From Antedon mediterranea (taxonomy: Eukaryota; Animalia; Echinodermata), in assembly GCF_964355755.1 (NCBI RefSeq), contig NC_092675.1:9729812-9793811 (forward strand): 64,000 bases of DNA, in the 5' to 3' direction. The notes under the pieces are model-generated. The model was not told the DNA's origin. It saw nothing but the letters and a program-made list of their open reading frames with translations, and ran no database searches. Below are positions 15,193-28,856 of this stretch, in pieces. The position numbers and the translations under genes are program-made. Position 1 is the first letter of the stretch. Each line of letters starts with the position of its first letter.

Positions 15193-18001
15193 TTAACGAC
15201 CTTTCGTTTTCACTCTGCGCTATATACTGAAACTAACAGTAGTCGCGTACTCCTGTTTCTGAGCATGCGTAGAATACTGTATACGTATGACTATTATAGT
15301 ATATGAACGACTACGTAGGCTACTTAATGAACTTGACTTGTGTACTTGATAAACTTCAGATGTACAAATACACACTGTACTATTACAACTATATTTCAAT
15401 AAACATTAACATTTGCATTAAAAGGAAATAATAATAATAATATATGAACATGATTTTTTCCACTGCACATTATCTTTCAATTACGCAGTAATAGATTTTT
15501 GCTTTTAACATCGTGTTTTTGAAGAAAAAACCCTCATTAATACTGTATGACCTATAGGGAGTATATCATTTCAACACATACTCTCAATAATATAATATTG
15601 AAACATTATAATTTTATAATGACACAAGAAGCGTGACCTTGGGAAGCTGAAAAGCAAATCACTTTTTAGTATTTCAATTAATATTGAATTAAATTTGGCG
15701 CCTGTGAAATAGATTTCCTAGTACTAATCACGTTTTTATTTGAATTCTAATTACGTATCTAGGCTAAGAAATACCAATAAATACTATATTAGCACTAACA
15801 CGATGCATCGTACTTTCATATTCAATTTTAAGGTGATGTTTCTTAATATTAATTGTGTCAATAAGTTTCTTCAACTCAGTCTGTGTACCATAATTAGGCG
15901 CATGTGTATCCTCATTATACTAAAAGATAATTGATTTTGTGTGTATCAGAAGCGGGTGTGAATTTCAAAATCGCTATAAAAGGACACACACAGCCACAGA
16001 ACGTTCACTAACGCGGTATATACAGTAGAGAGATGTGTTACAGTTATAGTTTCTTGTGGAATACTTAATAATAGGTAAAATAATACATAAAGTATTAAGG
16101 GCTGTATAGTTTTATCTTACAGTATGAATCATGGCATCTCGTGACCAAAGAAAAACGAAATATTTCATCAAAAATAACACTGATAAAAGGGTTACCGGTT
16201 CTTTGAAAGAGCAATTGTTATAAAAACAGACAAGGTTAAATTTCACTTAATACAAAATATTGTACTAGACAATAGAAAGTTAGGCCTATCAACAATATAA
16301 CGAGATAATGATTTTCGGAGTTTTTTTTTTTTGGCACGCTACATCTGTAACGAAAAAGACGTTGTATTTTGGTGGTTTTTTAACATTGTGATTGGCATGA
16401 TACATTTATGGTCTAACTATTTACATAATGTATTAATTACTAGTACAGATAGTACTAGTATTATTGCACATGAATTAAAAAATAAATTAAAAAGAAATCA
16501 GGATCACGTTTATAAAATATACAATCATTTCGTTAATTTACTTCATAGGATCGTAATTATATATCTTATATAGCCTAAAAGTATAATCGTTAATACTCAA
16601 ATTTTAACGCAAATTGATAAAACAAACAGTTCAAGACAAAATGTGGAGTTGGTAAACATGTTGGATAGAGCGGAATTTGAAACAATTAGTTAAAAAAACA
16701 AAACCGGTTCTTAAAATTCATGAATTAGGCCTAAACATAATGTGTAATAATTTCTAATAAACACGATTAGATTAGATTAAAACAGAGCCAAATTAAAAGT
16801 GTTCCATAATTTTCTTCTAAACAAGTCGGGCAATTTTTAAAATTTTTTTTCTCCTCTTTTTTTTTGTGGATTACGACACCTTAGGCTATTGCTAATCAAT
16901 AATCAACCTTGTCAACCTTATCAAGCCTATTTGTATTGATTTAAAAATAATAATTTCTGTTAAATCTTAATTTTTTAAAACATAAGTATTGTAGGCCTAT
17001 AACTTTCAGCAGTTTTCATTACTTATTTTTCTATATTTTTATTTTCATTGAAATACATTTTTTGATTTACTATTTTATTTATTTTTTAAATTTCCATATC
17101 TATTTATTTTTCCTAATTTTGAATTTTGAATTTGTCAGTTTTTGTTTTATTCTCTGACTCAATCACCTTTCAGTTGCTTGTGTTTTTTTTATTTATGAAA
17201 ATGTTAAATGATATAAATGATAAAATGCGTTCTAAATATAAAAAAAATACCTCACTCCACTTAATAAGCAAAGCCAACAAGTCGATGATTGTATACTCAA
17301 CATGCCATCAGTAGGCCTACAATAGGTAATGAGAAATTAGAACAAATTTTACTAAATGTATTTATGGATTATGTGCCATGGATGCCTTTACACAAATCCC
17401 ATTCCCCTGTAAACATGCAATCAGTGTATCCAAGACGGGGTCTAACTAACTAACCGTATCCACTTGCGACATGAACAAGACAACATTTTAATGTAGTCCG
17501 TTGTTAAGCTAAGTGTAACTTAGTCAAGCACGGTTAAGCATGCCTCTAGAGATACAGTGAAGGTTAAGATGCAAATATCCAAACAATGGGTCCGTCATTA
17601 GTTAAATGTAAATTTGGCTCATTTTGGCAGACGAACGTCGGATTCAAATAGGCCTACACTCAAATCATTGCTCATCATTTGAAATGCATGCTATTTGAAA
17701 GTAACATCGTCGGGTTATTGCTTCGTAGTATATTTAGCCTACATAGGTTAGTCTGAACAAGGCAATCTAACAACAGGATGCTGAGCGCTGGAGATCAAAG
17801 TGTATATCTGTGGCTGCGAGACCATCTGTCCGTCCCCTCCCCCCTTAACGGACACAACGCACATAATAGTACAGTACTGTTAGTATTTGTTGCAGCCAGA
17901 TATAAGATCAAAGGACTGTTCCTATCTTGGCAAGGTGAGCTCTGTGTCCTTGGTTTGGCCTGAGCTATCAATGGTCAAGGCGAAACGATTCTTTAAACTT
18001 A

Positions 18002-18817
18002 GGGCCTGTTTCTGCTGCAACTGCTCAAAATACGGTATAAAAATACGGTATAAAATACGGTATTTTTTATACCGTATTTTTTAGTACCCCGTTTCTGCTA
18101 ACAATACTTCTTGGGTGGTCGTGTTAAATTTCATCTTTTTTACCCAAATTGCCATTCATTTATTTGGTCGATAATTAAAAGTCGCAATAAAGGAAGTTTT
18201 ACGTCTCACTTTCAACAGCCTAGCCCTAGTGATAGAGATGTTGTGAGAGCACAGAAAACATCGTAATGGGGACAATTAATTCGTTCCCTCCCCGAGTTAT
18301 TGTATTTTGCAATGTTGTATTGCTTTCGCAGGCTCTTCAGCTTTGAGTTTACTTGCTTTGGAGACAAGTCTATTCCATACTCCTGCTTTATTTTTTTAGA
18401 AATGTCTTTATAAATGTGGTTGTCCCATTTATTAGTTGGCCAGACATTTTAGCTTCCCCACACACATTTATTTAGTAAAACTGTGACGTCTTCGCTCCAC
18501 ATTTTCGCCGAATATATCTATACACGTGTGTAAAGCATCTGACAGCGACAGAAAATAAAAATACGAATGTTGACCTTTTGTCATGTAAAAAAAAAATACG
18601 GTATTTTTTATTGGCAGCAGAAACGGGTACAAAAAATACGGTATAAATTTGTAAATACCGTATTTTATCCACAAATTTTGTGGGGAAAATACGGTATACA
18701 AAATACGGTATATTTTTTATGAGCGCAGTTTCTGCTGCCAAAAATATACCGTATATATACGGTATTCAAAAAATACCGTATAATATACGGTATTTAGTTG
18801 GCAGCAGAAACAGGGCC
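18002..18817. mobile_element. 816-bp non-autonomous PIF/Harbinger-like element
   Basis: TIRs GGGCCTGTTTCTGCTG..AACT / AGTTGGCAGCAGAAACAGGGCC; TTA at 17999-18001 and 18818-18820; many subterminal AATACGGTA motifs in both orientations. Confidence 0.8.
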
Positions 18818-19966
18818 TTAGTTTTATCATACAATCCATTATGTATAAACTTAATGAAATCATTCTTGTGAATGTAAATATCAATTTTGTTGTAGAAACT
18901 TAACTAAGCTCATTTTTGTAAGGAGTACAGAATATTGGTGGCGCTCTATAATTTACATTATGTTACTAAAGATCTCTATCATTAGCAAACCTAATACCGC
19001 TATTATAAATGTTTAGGTCTACTTTAGATCTAAAGTAAAAGTAAATACAAAATATGTATATTATATAAGAAAAGAAGAGATTCAACTAATTCAAAATACC
19101 TATCAACAAATACAAGATTGCGTGTGTAATTATATAATCCTACATAATAGAATCTATGAATCTTTTTAAACATACCACTCTGCGTGGGTGATGTTTTTGA
19201 AAAACGAATAATTCCTTTCAACCCGGTATGTGTCAATCATAGTGGAGATAATTTATAACTTATAGTAATTGTGTGGCTATTGTTCTGATAGTCTTTTAAT
19301 GATACATACAAGTATAAATGTGCACTTAGTATATGTGTGGGGTTCAAACTGCTGAGATAGAGACTTGGCGGCGGTTGGTGGGTCTGCAAATTACATTATA
19401 TTCCACAAAATACTGTTAATCATATCTTAAATTGGCTGATTATTCACCAACATATAAATTCAAATTGTCTTCAATCAAATAAAAACCATTTGATGTTATA
19501 AACGAATAAAATACTTCTTGTCTATAGCACAAAAATGAAATTTGTCAAATCAGATTATAACCGTATTGAAATGTAAAAAGAAACGATTTTTTTTCCAATC
19601 GATATCATTGTGGTTTCTGTAGACAAGTTTAGAATAATGCACGACATGACATTCTGCTCCTCCATTTTGCATGTTTTGTTATCTTAATCCTAGATGGTTT
19701 GGTCTCCCTTGACCCTTGACTGCTGAGGGGTCATTTCTGAAAAGACCGATTACACGGCTGGTTATGTATGCTTACAGCAAAACAGCGTCTAAACTATTTA
19801 CATTCAATCGAACTATACGCCTTGTTAACTTTAAATAAAACCACTACCTTGACGGCTGAGTATAAAGTTAATTTACATGTTATAATCTGCCACACTTGAA
19901 ATGTAATACTAAATTAGATCATGGATGAGTTGATCAGTGGTTAACTTAAACATGAAGGAATAATTA

Positions 19967-20324
19967 AACAAGCACGAATGTGCGATACTCGGGGTACAGC
20001 AGCAAAATAAGCTGTAATGACGTCATAAGACCGGATGTAACGTCACATACACATCAATAACCTCGCTACTAAATAAGGCTATACGGTACCATCTTCGAGA
20101 CGTGATATGGCTGCATCCGGTTTGAAATTTAAAAATCTATAGCTTTGAGGACATGTCCCTGTAGTATATTCATGCCAAATTCAAGCTCAATACTACAACG
20201 AATAAAGGAGGAGTAGTACTTTATAAATCGCACTTTTTACTCAATAGTGTCCAGATGGAAGAAGAAGAAGAGGAGGAGGAGGAGAAGATGAGAGAGTACT
20301 AGGCTCGGGTACCCCGAGTAAAAA
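19967..20324 (-). mobile_element. HINE/DINE-1-like non-autonomous Helentron element
   Basis: 12-bp subTIRs TACTCGGGGTAC (19986-19997) / GTACCCCGAGTA (20309-20320); local 5' inverted repeat ctcgggt-accccgag; (GAA/GGA)n microsatellite; small 3' hairpin gcac..gtgc; T-run flank. Confidence 0.6.
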
Positions 20325-20788
20325 TAGAAACTATGAAAGAGATGATGATGAGTGATGGCCACTCAGCCTATAATCGATATAAAGACACGGATTTTATCAA
20401 CTGTATGCACTCCAACCTACTCAAACCGACTACTTTATGTTACATCATGTCATTTTTAATATCTATTCGCGGGTCTATTATTTAAATTAAAGGGAAAAAA
20501 ATCGGAATATCAACCAAATGGGACGATAGTGAATGGCACGTGTCCACGAGCCATGTAGGCTATTTAACAGAAAGTTATAATAAAATACACTAAAGACAAA
20601 TTTACTTTGGAATGTATTTTAAGATTGTATCTGAATACAATAGAGTTTTCATTGGATATTAAAATAAAACCCTTTACGTGTTATGTTGACCAAAGACAAA
20701 CCCCTGTTTCCTTGATGAACATTCTATAGTAGCACACACTAACGTTCAATATTAACGTTATTTTACACTAAAAAAACAGGTGACTTAC

Positions 20789-20810
20789 CAATTTCATCAG
20801 ATATCACCAT
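20789..20810 (-). CDS. Candidate short alternative first coding exon (MVISDEI-G..)
   Basis: ATG GTG ATA TCT GAT GAA ATT G|gtaagt; phase-1 donor compatible with the 3176 acceptor. Splice-signal evidence only. Confidence 0.25.
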
Positions 20811-23336
20811 TCTTGTATAGTGTTGACGCAGAAGTCTTTTATAAAGTATTGACAAAATGTGATTTTGTCTAACCGGTTTTGTTGTTAACAGTAAAAATCC
20901 GTACTCGTCAGACTCACTTAAAAATCAGTGTGAACGATCCTTGTTGCAATTACCGTCTGAATTACTAAAACATTTGGCCTACTTAAAGTTCTATATACTT
21001 TATTCATTGTTTTTGTTTCGGATGGATGTCTTTTTTTCGTTTATGTTTTTATAAGTCAAGGCAGGATACAGTAAAGTGTTAGTCTTTAGAATTTCGTTTG
21101 TGCGGCTGATGCTCAGAACAATTAATATAACAATAGCCTGATTTGGATCAACAGCTGACCAATGGCATACAAAGCATACCATCAAGGTCAGACTTACCCT
21201 CTCTATCAATCGTATTACCAGAAGTTACATGAATAGCTTTACCCAAACTTGTTTATTTGTGTTTTCACTTTTAGATCGTGGTATGTGCAACTTGGCTGAG
21301 TTCAAACATGCGCCCGTATAAACTGAACATATGGGCAGCCGCGTGCCAATAAAAACCGTGCGTCGATGTGTGTAATTAATAATCTCCATTGGATTATAAA
21401 AATAGTATTAAAATACAAAGAAACCTTCTTTAACAAGCACAGTACTTAAATTGATACATAATTTAAAAAAAAAAACACATTATAATCTGTATTCTTAATA
21501 AACTTCATTTTATCTAAGAAAGCAGCAACTAATTTCTTATAACTATTCGCCTTAAAACGTATAGATGTTAATTGTTACACCAATCCCTTCGTATTTTGTC
21601 TCTTTATTAAGAAGAGTTAAATGTTAAACGGTAAATAAACTAGAAAATGCCTATTTGGGTGGAGAGTTAACCAAGCGTAACAAAAGTAACGAATTTTTTA
21701 AATAGATAAAATCATATTATTTTCAATGTCAACTCCGATACCATATCCATTTTCTCTTTATTTTTATGTATCTATCTGTACGTACAGTGTAAAAGTGCCC
21801 CAGGTAAACTTGTCTTAAGAACACATTCATTTAGCTTTTGTCGGGAATTAATTTCTTAAGATAGTTAATTGAGTTTCAAACGGGAAATAATATTAATCGA
21901 TGACAGGTAATTAGTAGAAATTATCTTTATACAGCTTTACAAACGACAAGTCAATATACACCAAGAGTGTATTCCAGGTCAGGCATGTGTACTTTTACAT
22001 GAATGGAAGTACAATTTTATTATTTTATTTTTTAAATGCAATTATTAACTTTAAATATAAATAAATAAATATAGAAAATAAAAAATATTGTCACACACAT
22101 CAAAATTAAAATATAAGTATATGGCACCAACCTATTTAAATATTAAATTATTTTAAGTTGTTAAAAAAAAATTGACACCGAATGAAAAAATCGCTACGTT
22201 TAGTATAGTGTAGTATGTTCTTTTTATATATGTTTGTTTTTTTATATTATGTTTATATGAGAGTCCCATTATTGTCAGCAGATCCTGTTGAGGGTCATCT
22301 TCTATAAATAAGGTTAAATTAACAAGGAACACTTTAAAGTAAAATAATAGCTTTTATAATTGATTTCGACATATTTTAATGTTTTATTTAAATCAGTAGA
22401 AAAATATGTTAATAGTGTATATAATATCCTGCTACTAAACTAAATGTTGCCAGTATAAAGTGACCATCACCATCCCACAATCAAGATTATACAGCTGTCT
22501 GAATAGATTTTCTATAAAATTTTAAAATAGATCGAAAGGATTTACTATTTTTTTTAAAATTTGGTTTATTAAAAGGTCGTAGGGATTTGTAGTCAACCTT
22601 TCTGTATAATTATCATTTTAAATAAAGGTAGTGGTTCAAGGTTTACACACAAATAAACGAAGAAAAAAACAATCCAATTCATCCTCCGTTTGTTAAAAAT
22701 AACAAAAAGAGGTATTGATTGCGAACCCTGTGTCTATCTATAAAACTATAGATCAGAGAAATACTAATCTGGCTTTCCATACAAGACAATATAGATTACG
22801 ATTGACATTATCCTTTATGTGTTATGATTTAAAATCAGGGACGTTTGTCAATCTTCGAAAAGCAACAAATCATTGATATTAACAAACATTCCTAACACTG
22901 AATATGAAGTTTGAAGTATAAAAAAAGCTGGACTGATACAGTAGTATTATTCTTGCTGAAGTCAAATATAGTTGATAAGTGCTTAAATAGAAACAGGTTT
23001 TACTGTTGAACCAGTTCTTCTTATGTTATGAAATGTAGGCTACTTCATCATTTAAGATTTTAGAAAAACAAACTTGTAAAACTGACTTAAGCTGATTTAT
23101 AAAATTAAGATAATTTGCTAATTCCCCTTTGACTAAATTGTAGAATAAGCATGCAAGTTTTTGACGCATGTTTGGAGTCTTTTTCAATCTCCAAGATATA
23201 TCCGGATGTGTATTGTATAAAACAGGTTTGAAATTGAATGATTTCAACTGGTGCTCTGTAAAAATTCCACAAAGTGAAATGTGCTCTATCTATGTAACAT
23301 AAAATGTAGCTGAAATATTAACGTTAAAGGTAACAA

Positions 23337-23732
23337 TAAACAAGAATATTTCTTACAAAAAACGCTGCTTGCTTATTGTTATTGCTAAGGTCAAGTCTGG
23401 GGGTCACTTCATCAATCCTAGATACTTCAAGTATCCTATTACAAACAAAAACTTCAATGGACTGTTTTGATAATAATTCAATGATTATCTGACAGTGAAT
23501 TATAGTAATATCATGGGACTCATAAATACCAAAAATGCTTTGGGATTTGTCATTAGACTCTTTTCCCAGCCGTTTTTTTGGATTCAACAGGTGGTACCTA
23601 TAAATTATAGTCGAGTTTCCATTTTAACAAAAATGTCAAAGTGTAGTACTATACTGCTGCTTGGATTCATGTAATGAATGAGTCATCTCGTGTGACGTAG
23701 CGGGCTAGAGCAGCAGCATGAAAAATAAATTT
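23337..23732. repeat. Fragment of the subterminal region of the Kolobok-like family at 57-61 kb
   Basis: Shares attgctaaggtcaagtct.ggggtcacttcatc, atcatgggactcataaatacc and gacgtagcgggcta.agcagcagc with 57355-57650, and in inverted orientation with 60311-60916. Confidence 0.8.
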
Positions 23733-25791
23733 ACAATTATGCATTACAGTAACTCTATAAATTATAATTTGTTAAACAAGATTAATTCTTGGCAACGGAT
23801 AATACATTTAATTGAGTACATACATAGGAGGCGCCCTTTTGATTTATTGACAACCTGTAAAGTTGATTGTTGTCAACCAGCAGCGGAACGGTCTCGGTTC
23901 GTACACTTACAAGTGATTATATATTAGTATTATTAGATACTTCACAAACTTAATACAAACTTTAAACCCCAAAGTGTAAAAAGTCAATAATTATTAAACT
24001 ATCAAATTACATGTGGTATTTCCGAACCTTTATCCTGGTTTGTAAGATTTGTTTTCTTAGTTATTGAACTTATTTGAAGTTAGTGGTTCAGGATCAACAA
24101 GTAACATTGTAAATTGTTTTGTTCTTTTATTCACGACTTATATCGTACGCGTGTTTTATTTTTTTCATTATTCAAGCATTTAACTAGAAACATTTATGTC
24201 AAAATAATTTAATAATTGGTAATGAATTCGCGTTATTCTTTCTACTGTATTTATTAACACCCAGTGCTTTTTTATTTTGATTTAATATATATTGAAAAAT
24301 ACCTGAAAAATTGCCCAAATAACGATAAACTATAATTCTTTATATTAGGAAGGGAAATCAAAATAGACTTCCGTACTAATAGGTGCCGTATCTTATTTGA
24401 AAGTTATAAAAATCACGTATCGTGTACCGCGATTATATTATTTTAAATTTCAAATTACATACATTTACAATACATTTTAAATAAATCTATAGATCCGCAT
24501 GATATTTTAATCTGTAGTATTACCGGGTTCGACAATCAGTCAATCAACTAATCTATTAGTCAAATCTATTTTGATATTTCTTTATTATTAACTTTAATAG
24601 AATATATATATTGCCACCAAGGTTACATAAACTGGAGTTGTATTACAATCTAGATTTCAGTAACAAATGACTCTTAGGTTGAATAATCCTTTACCATATC
24701 CTTTATCACTACAAAGTACATAGACACGGTTCAAGGTTTAGTTAGTATTGTAACTATTTACAGGCTAAGCAATCTCAACAAGCCTCTAGTTGAAAAGCTA
24801 ATTCCACATCTATTGTGTCGTGTGGCCTACGTAAAGATCCGCATACGTAAACAACCCTTTTGATTTGTTTTGGTTGTGTGAAAAATAGTTTAATTTTAAG
24901 ATCAACGCTAAATGAAATTACTCATGAGAAAAGATCTTATGCAACACTTTTTAACTCATATGTTTTGAATATCTATTGAAAATTATCAATTAACTTATTG
25001 TCTTTATTCTTTATTTCAAACCAACAGTATAAAACACCAATAAAAGGTATAATGTAACATTATATAAATGTATAACATATAAATATGATACCGGTATGAA
25101 TACATTACTATCTTATCTACTATGAATGAACACAGAATACAAAGAACACACCCACGAAAGAGGAAAAAAATATATCATCACAATAAAGGGCAACATTTTC
25201 TTTATTTTCAAATAATTTTAAAGGTTTTTTTAGAAGAAGACAATTTGTTAGAGATAGACACCGATATACTGTGTTAAGAAATGTTTCAATTACATAACTA
25301 CATCGTTTTATTTATTATGTTATTATATTTTACACTCTAAATAAAAAAAATCACGTTCATGTACATAAACTTATTTAAGAAAGAGTGTATTTCAGATGGT
25401 GCACGCCATGCGCACACTCGACTCATGAATGTTAGAGTTGGTTGCTGAAAAGTTTCTATAAAAAGTTCGCAATAATAATTAATAAAAGAAATAATGTCCT
25501 AAGAATGTCGATAGATGTATTGAACAACATTTTATCAAAGGTATTTGATTGGCTCTATAATGTATATTTAAATATTCATGCAGCTTATGAGTGCTTTAAT
25601 TTCTCCAAGTATAACTGTTGATTATTTTCCAAAAGTTTGGCACTTTCTTAGTTGTTTTACTTTACCGTTTGATTTAGATTTTGGCTTATTGTATTTGTAT
25701 CTCCATTGAGATACAGGCACTGATACCCCATTTTCAGTAATTTACCTTTTTATTTATATATATTTATTCCTTATTAGTTTGTTTATCTTAC

Positions 25792-25900
25792 CGTCTTCAT
25801 CTGCTTCTGTTACCTCAGTATATTCCAAAGATGGTCTTTGAATCTTCGCTCTAAATCCGCAAACAGATACCGATGTTTTTGAGCTCAACCTTCTCTTCAT
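25792..25900 (-). CDS. Candidate first coding exon of the host gene (MKRRLSSKTSVSVCGFRAKIQRPSLEYTEVTEADED-G..)
   Basis: gcaATG start, 36 codons + 1 nt open, donor G|gtaaga. Upstream acceptor tttctttttaag| at 26043 and donor gtaagt at ~26158 suggest a 5'UTR intron. Confidence 0.45.
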
Positions 25901-27034
25901 TGCTGTATTTACTTAAGTTATTTTCTGATAAATAATTAGAAGATGATTACTATCTGTTTTCAGTGCAACTATTCATAAAGTCGTTTGATAAATCAATATC
26001 CAAATATGCAGTACAGGTAAACAGGTTTATACAGTTCTCTTCCTTAAAAAGAAATAAATTAAAATATTTTGCTAACAGATAAAATTAGTCAATTAAAGAG
26101 TAGGGTATGAATAAACTGGACAACAAATGATCTTTTCTTTTTAATAATCTGAACTTACATTTGATTACAGACAGTAAGTTTTGATACAATTGTTCTTGGC
26201 GACACAATTACGAAACTAGAGAATGCATTTTAATTCTAATACAAACTTAGGAAGGTCAAATACATTTAACAGCTAAACTTGTAAATCCAACTGAGAGGAT
26301 TTTGCTGCAAGGTTCTATGTATTTTCATATTAATTAGATGGTAAATAAAATTGAGTGTTAAACTCAACAGACGTACACAATTAATAATTTTTTCTTTCTT
26401 TCTGAAATATTCAATATCGGAGATGATTATTCGACTCCAATGTATTAGATGTTGTAATTCGTTATTTTGAATAATTGTATTATTTCAATAATTGGAGTGT
26501 GCATAATAATTCCTATCAGTTTACGAAACGTAATACACATATGAAGAAAGGTGAAAATGACCATTTTCCTGAATAACAGAGGCAATATCAACTTTTTTTC
26601 AGTCCCATGGAATACTGACAAAAATTAAGAATTACAATTGTTCGTTTGTTTGGTTGAATGACTGAAGTTCTTTTAACATCAAAATGTCAAATGTGTGTAT
26701 GAATGTATTCACAATAGTCGCGTTGTTAGGTTTTGTAATCAATACAGAATTACAGAAACTGATAGCTTATTCTTATAACAGTAATTCAATAGTATTGTTG
26801 TTAGCGATATTTATGTTAAAATGTGATTTATAGATGTGATTACCTCTTAAATTATCTTGTATGTTTTGTATCATTGACTTTTCTAAATTTTAAATTTAAA
26901 GCTATGTTCTATTTCAATACGGTATACAATCTTTTTATAGTCGTATCATTTTTCTTGTTGATCTTAAGGTTAATTGATATGATATTATATATATTATCAG
27001 ACTTATTCAATGATTATGCTTATGTTGCTTATTT

Positions 27035-27303
27035 TTTAGGACCCCAGCGGAAATAAACCTATTTCATTGGGTTTGTTGGTCTGATCACAATATGCATGTC
27101 TTGTTTTTAAAGCTTTTTGTATAAGCTACGGTACTACTGTAAACATTGTTAAATGGCTGTACTGATCTTTTTTTTATCTGCTGTTAATGAATAGTTATAT
27201 CCTTTTAACTCCCATTTATAATGTTGCTTGTAATCTTCTTCTTTTACCTCTTCTTGTACATATTGTGATTAAAAATGATTTTGACCAAATAAATGAATGA
27301 ATA
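27035..27303 (+). mobile_element. Probable 3' UTR remnant of a non-LTR retrotransposon
   Basis: ggaccccagcggaaataaacc..gggtttgttgg stem-loop-like motif followed by an aataaa(tgaa)n tail; no ORF. Confidence 0.3.
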
Positions 27304-28726
27304 ATACATTGTACTTCATGTTTTAAAACTGGGTGAGTTTTATGATAGAGATATAAGGTCTACATTGCTCATTGCAGTCATACTGACTGCAGAGTATTGA
27401 CCAAAGTTAGAAATTCTGTTCACAAATAAAGATCGCAAAAAACATTGAGATCTAATGCATCTGCTAAACGAATTTACGTAAAAAGATATTTCCTCTATCA
27501 AGCATCATAAAGTCAATATAAAAAAGCGATCTAGTGAATGGAAAAATCAAAGCTGCCAGATAATAATTGTAATTTATGATTTTATAAAAGCATTCATTTA
27601 CATTGTTTTGTGATGTTGTCTTTTGTGTCTTATGATGTTAAACGATCGCCCATAAGCAGTTCCTTAGTCGGAACGGTTGATGGGGAAAAGACGACTATGT
27701 CCGTTTCCGTTTATAGATTTTTATTCTTTTCTCACCTGTTGTGACAAAAATTCACCTGTTACCACAGTATATTTGTTCTTATATAACATCAACAACTTGT
27801 TATGATGAGGAGGATTGATTATGTTTCTTTTGTTATCAACTGATAATTTGAACAATACATGAACAGTTTCTAAGATACGTGATACCGTAAAGCAACCTCG
27901 TTCTTATTGTTTAGTCATTGTTTGCTATCGGGCTTTCAACTTTTTTTATCACAGCCTTTTGCTATTCAAAGTTCGTTTAGACGCTATTATTTATCTGCAT
28001 TAATTCAGCATTGTTCAGCGTACATTTTTTTTTTACATTTAGGAAATGACTCGTAAATTGTGTACGTAATGGTATGATAATAAAACAATAAAATACATTA
28101 ATTGGTTTAAGGAAACATAAAAATGTGTACAAGTTTGCAGTATGAAAACCTACACAAATTGATTTTATACAGGGGATGAATATAATATTTTATATTATTG
28201 AAATTTGATCATGCTATCTTTCATTCGTAGCAACTTATTATATGAAACATATATATTTTATGATTTATTTATTTTTCTTACCATATAAAAGCAATTCTAA
28301 TTTAATACTAAATGATTGTAGACCAATACAAGATCAGTAATTTGATTTAAATAATAGCCAGATATTATTTGCTGAGAGTCAATGTGTCCACTAATGCCCT
28401 TTATTTATAAGATAACATGTAATATAGACGGAAACTTACATAAATAAATAGAAGTAAATCAAATGTATGTGCATAGGCCTAATCTGTGATGATGTGGTGT
28501 CATCCTTTCAAGAGCTTAGTTTAAAGCCAGTAAATCTTTTTGCGGTATTTATTGTGTTATTCTAGACATTATGAGTAATAATTCTATATATTTTCCTGTT
28601 TTTTATAATTTAGTTTCTACAGAATTGAACCAATTATCGCAATAATGAATAACGTGAATTAGTTTATGAATCTTAGCTCAATAGGCCTAATTCCGATAGA
28701 GAATTTCACACGAGAGTTCCTATATC

Positions 28727-28856
28727 AAACAAGGCCAACAGCCATAAGTCGCGTGCTAAAACGCATAGTGATACCGGACCGACAGACAGACCGACAGACC
28801 GGCAAACCAACCGACCGACATAGTGAACTATAGAGTCGCGTCCACGCGACTAAAAA
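28727..28856 (-). mobile_element. 130-bp mini-HINE (Helentron-associated) element
   Basis: Minus strand: TTTTTAGTCGCGTG-GACGCGACT (5' subTIR + inverted repeat), (GTCG/GTCT)n microsatellite, 3' subTIR CACGCGACT, end ggc..gccttgttt. Confidence 0.7.
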
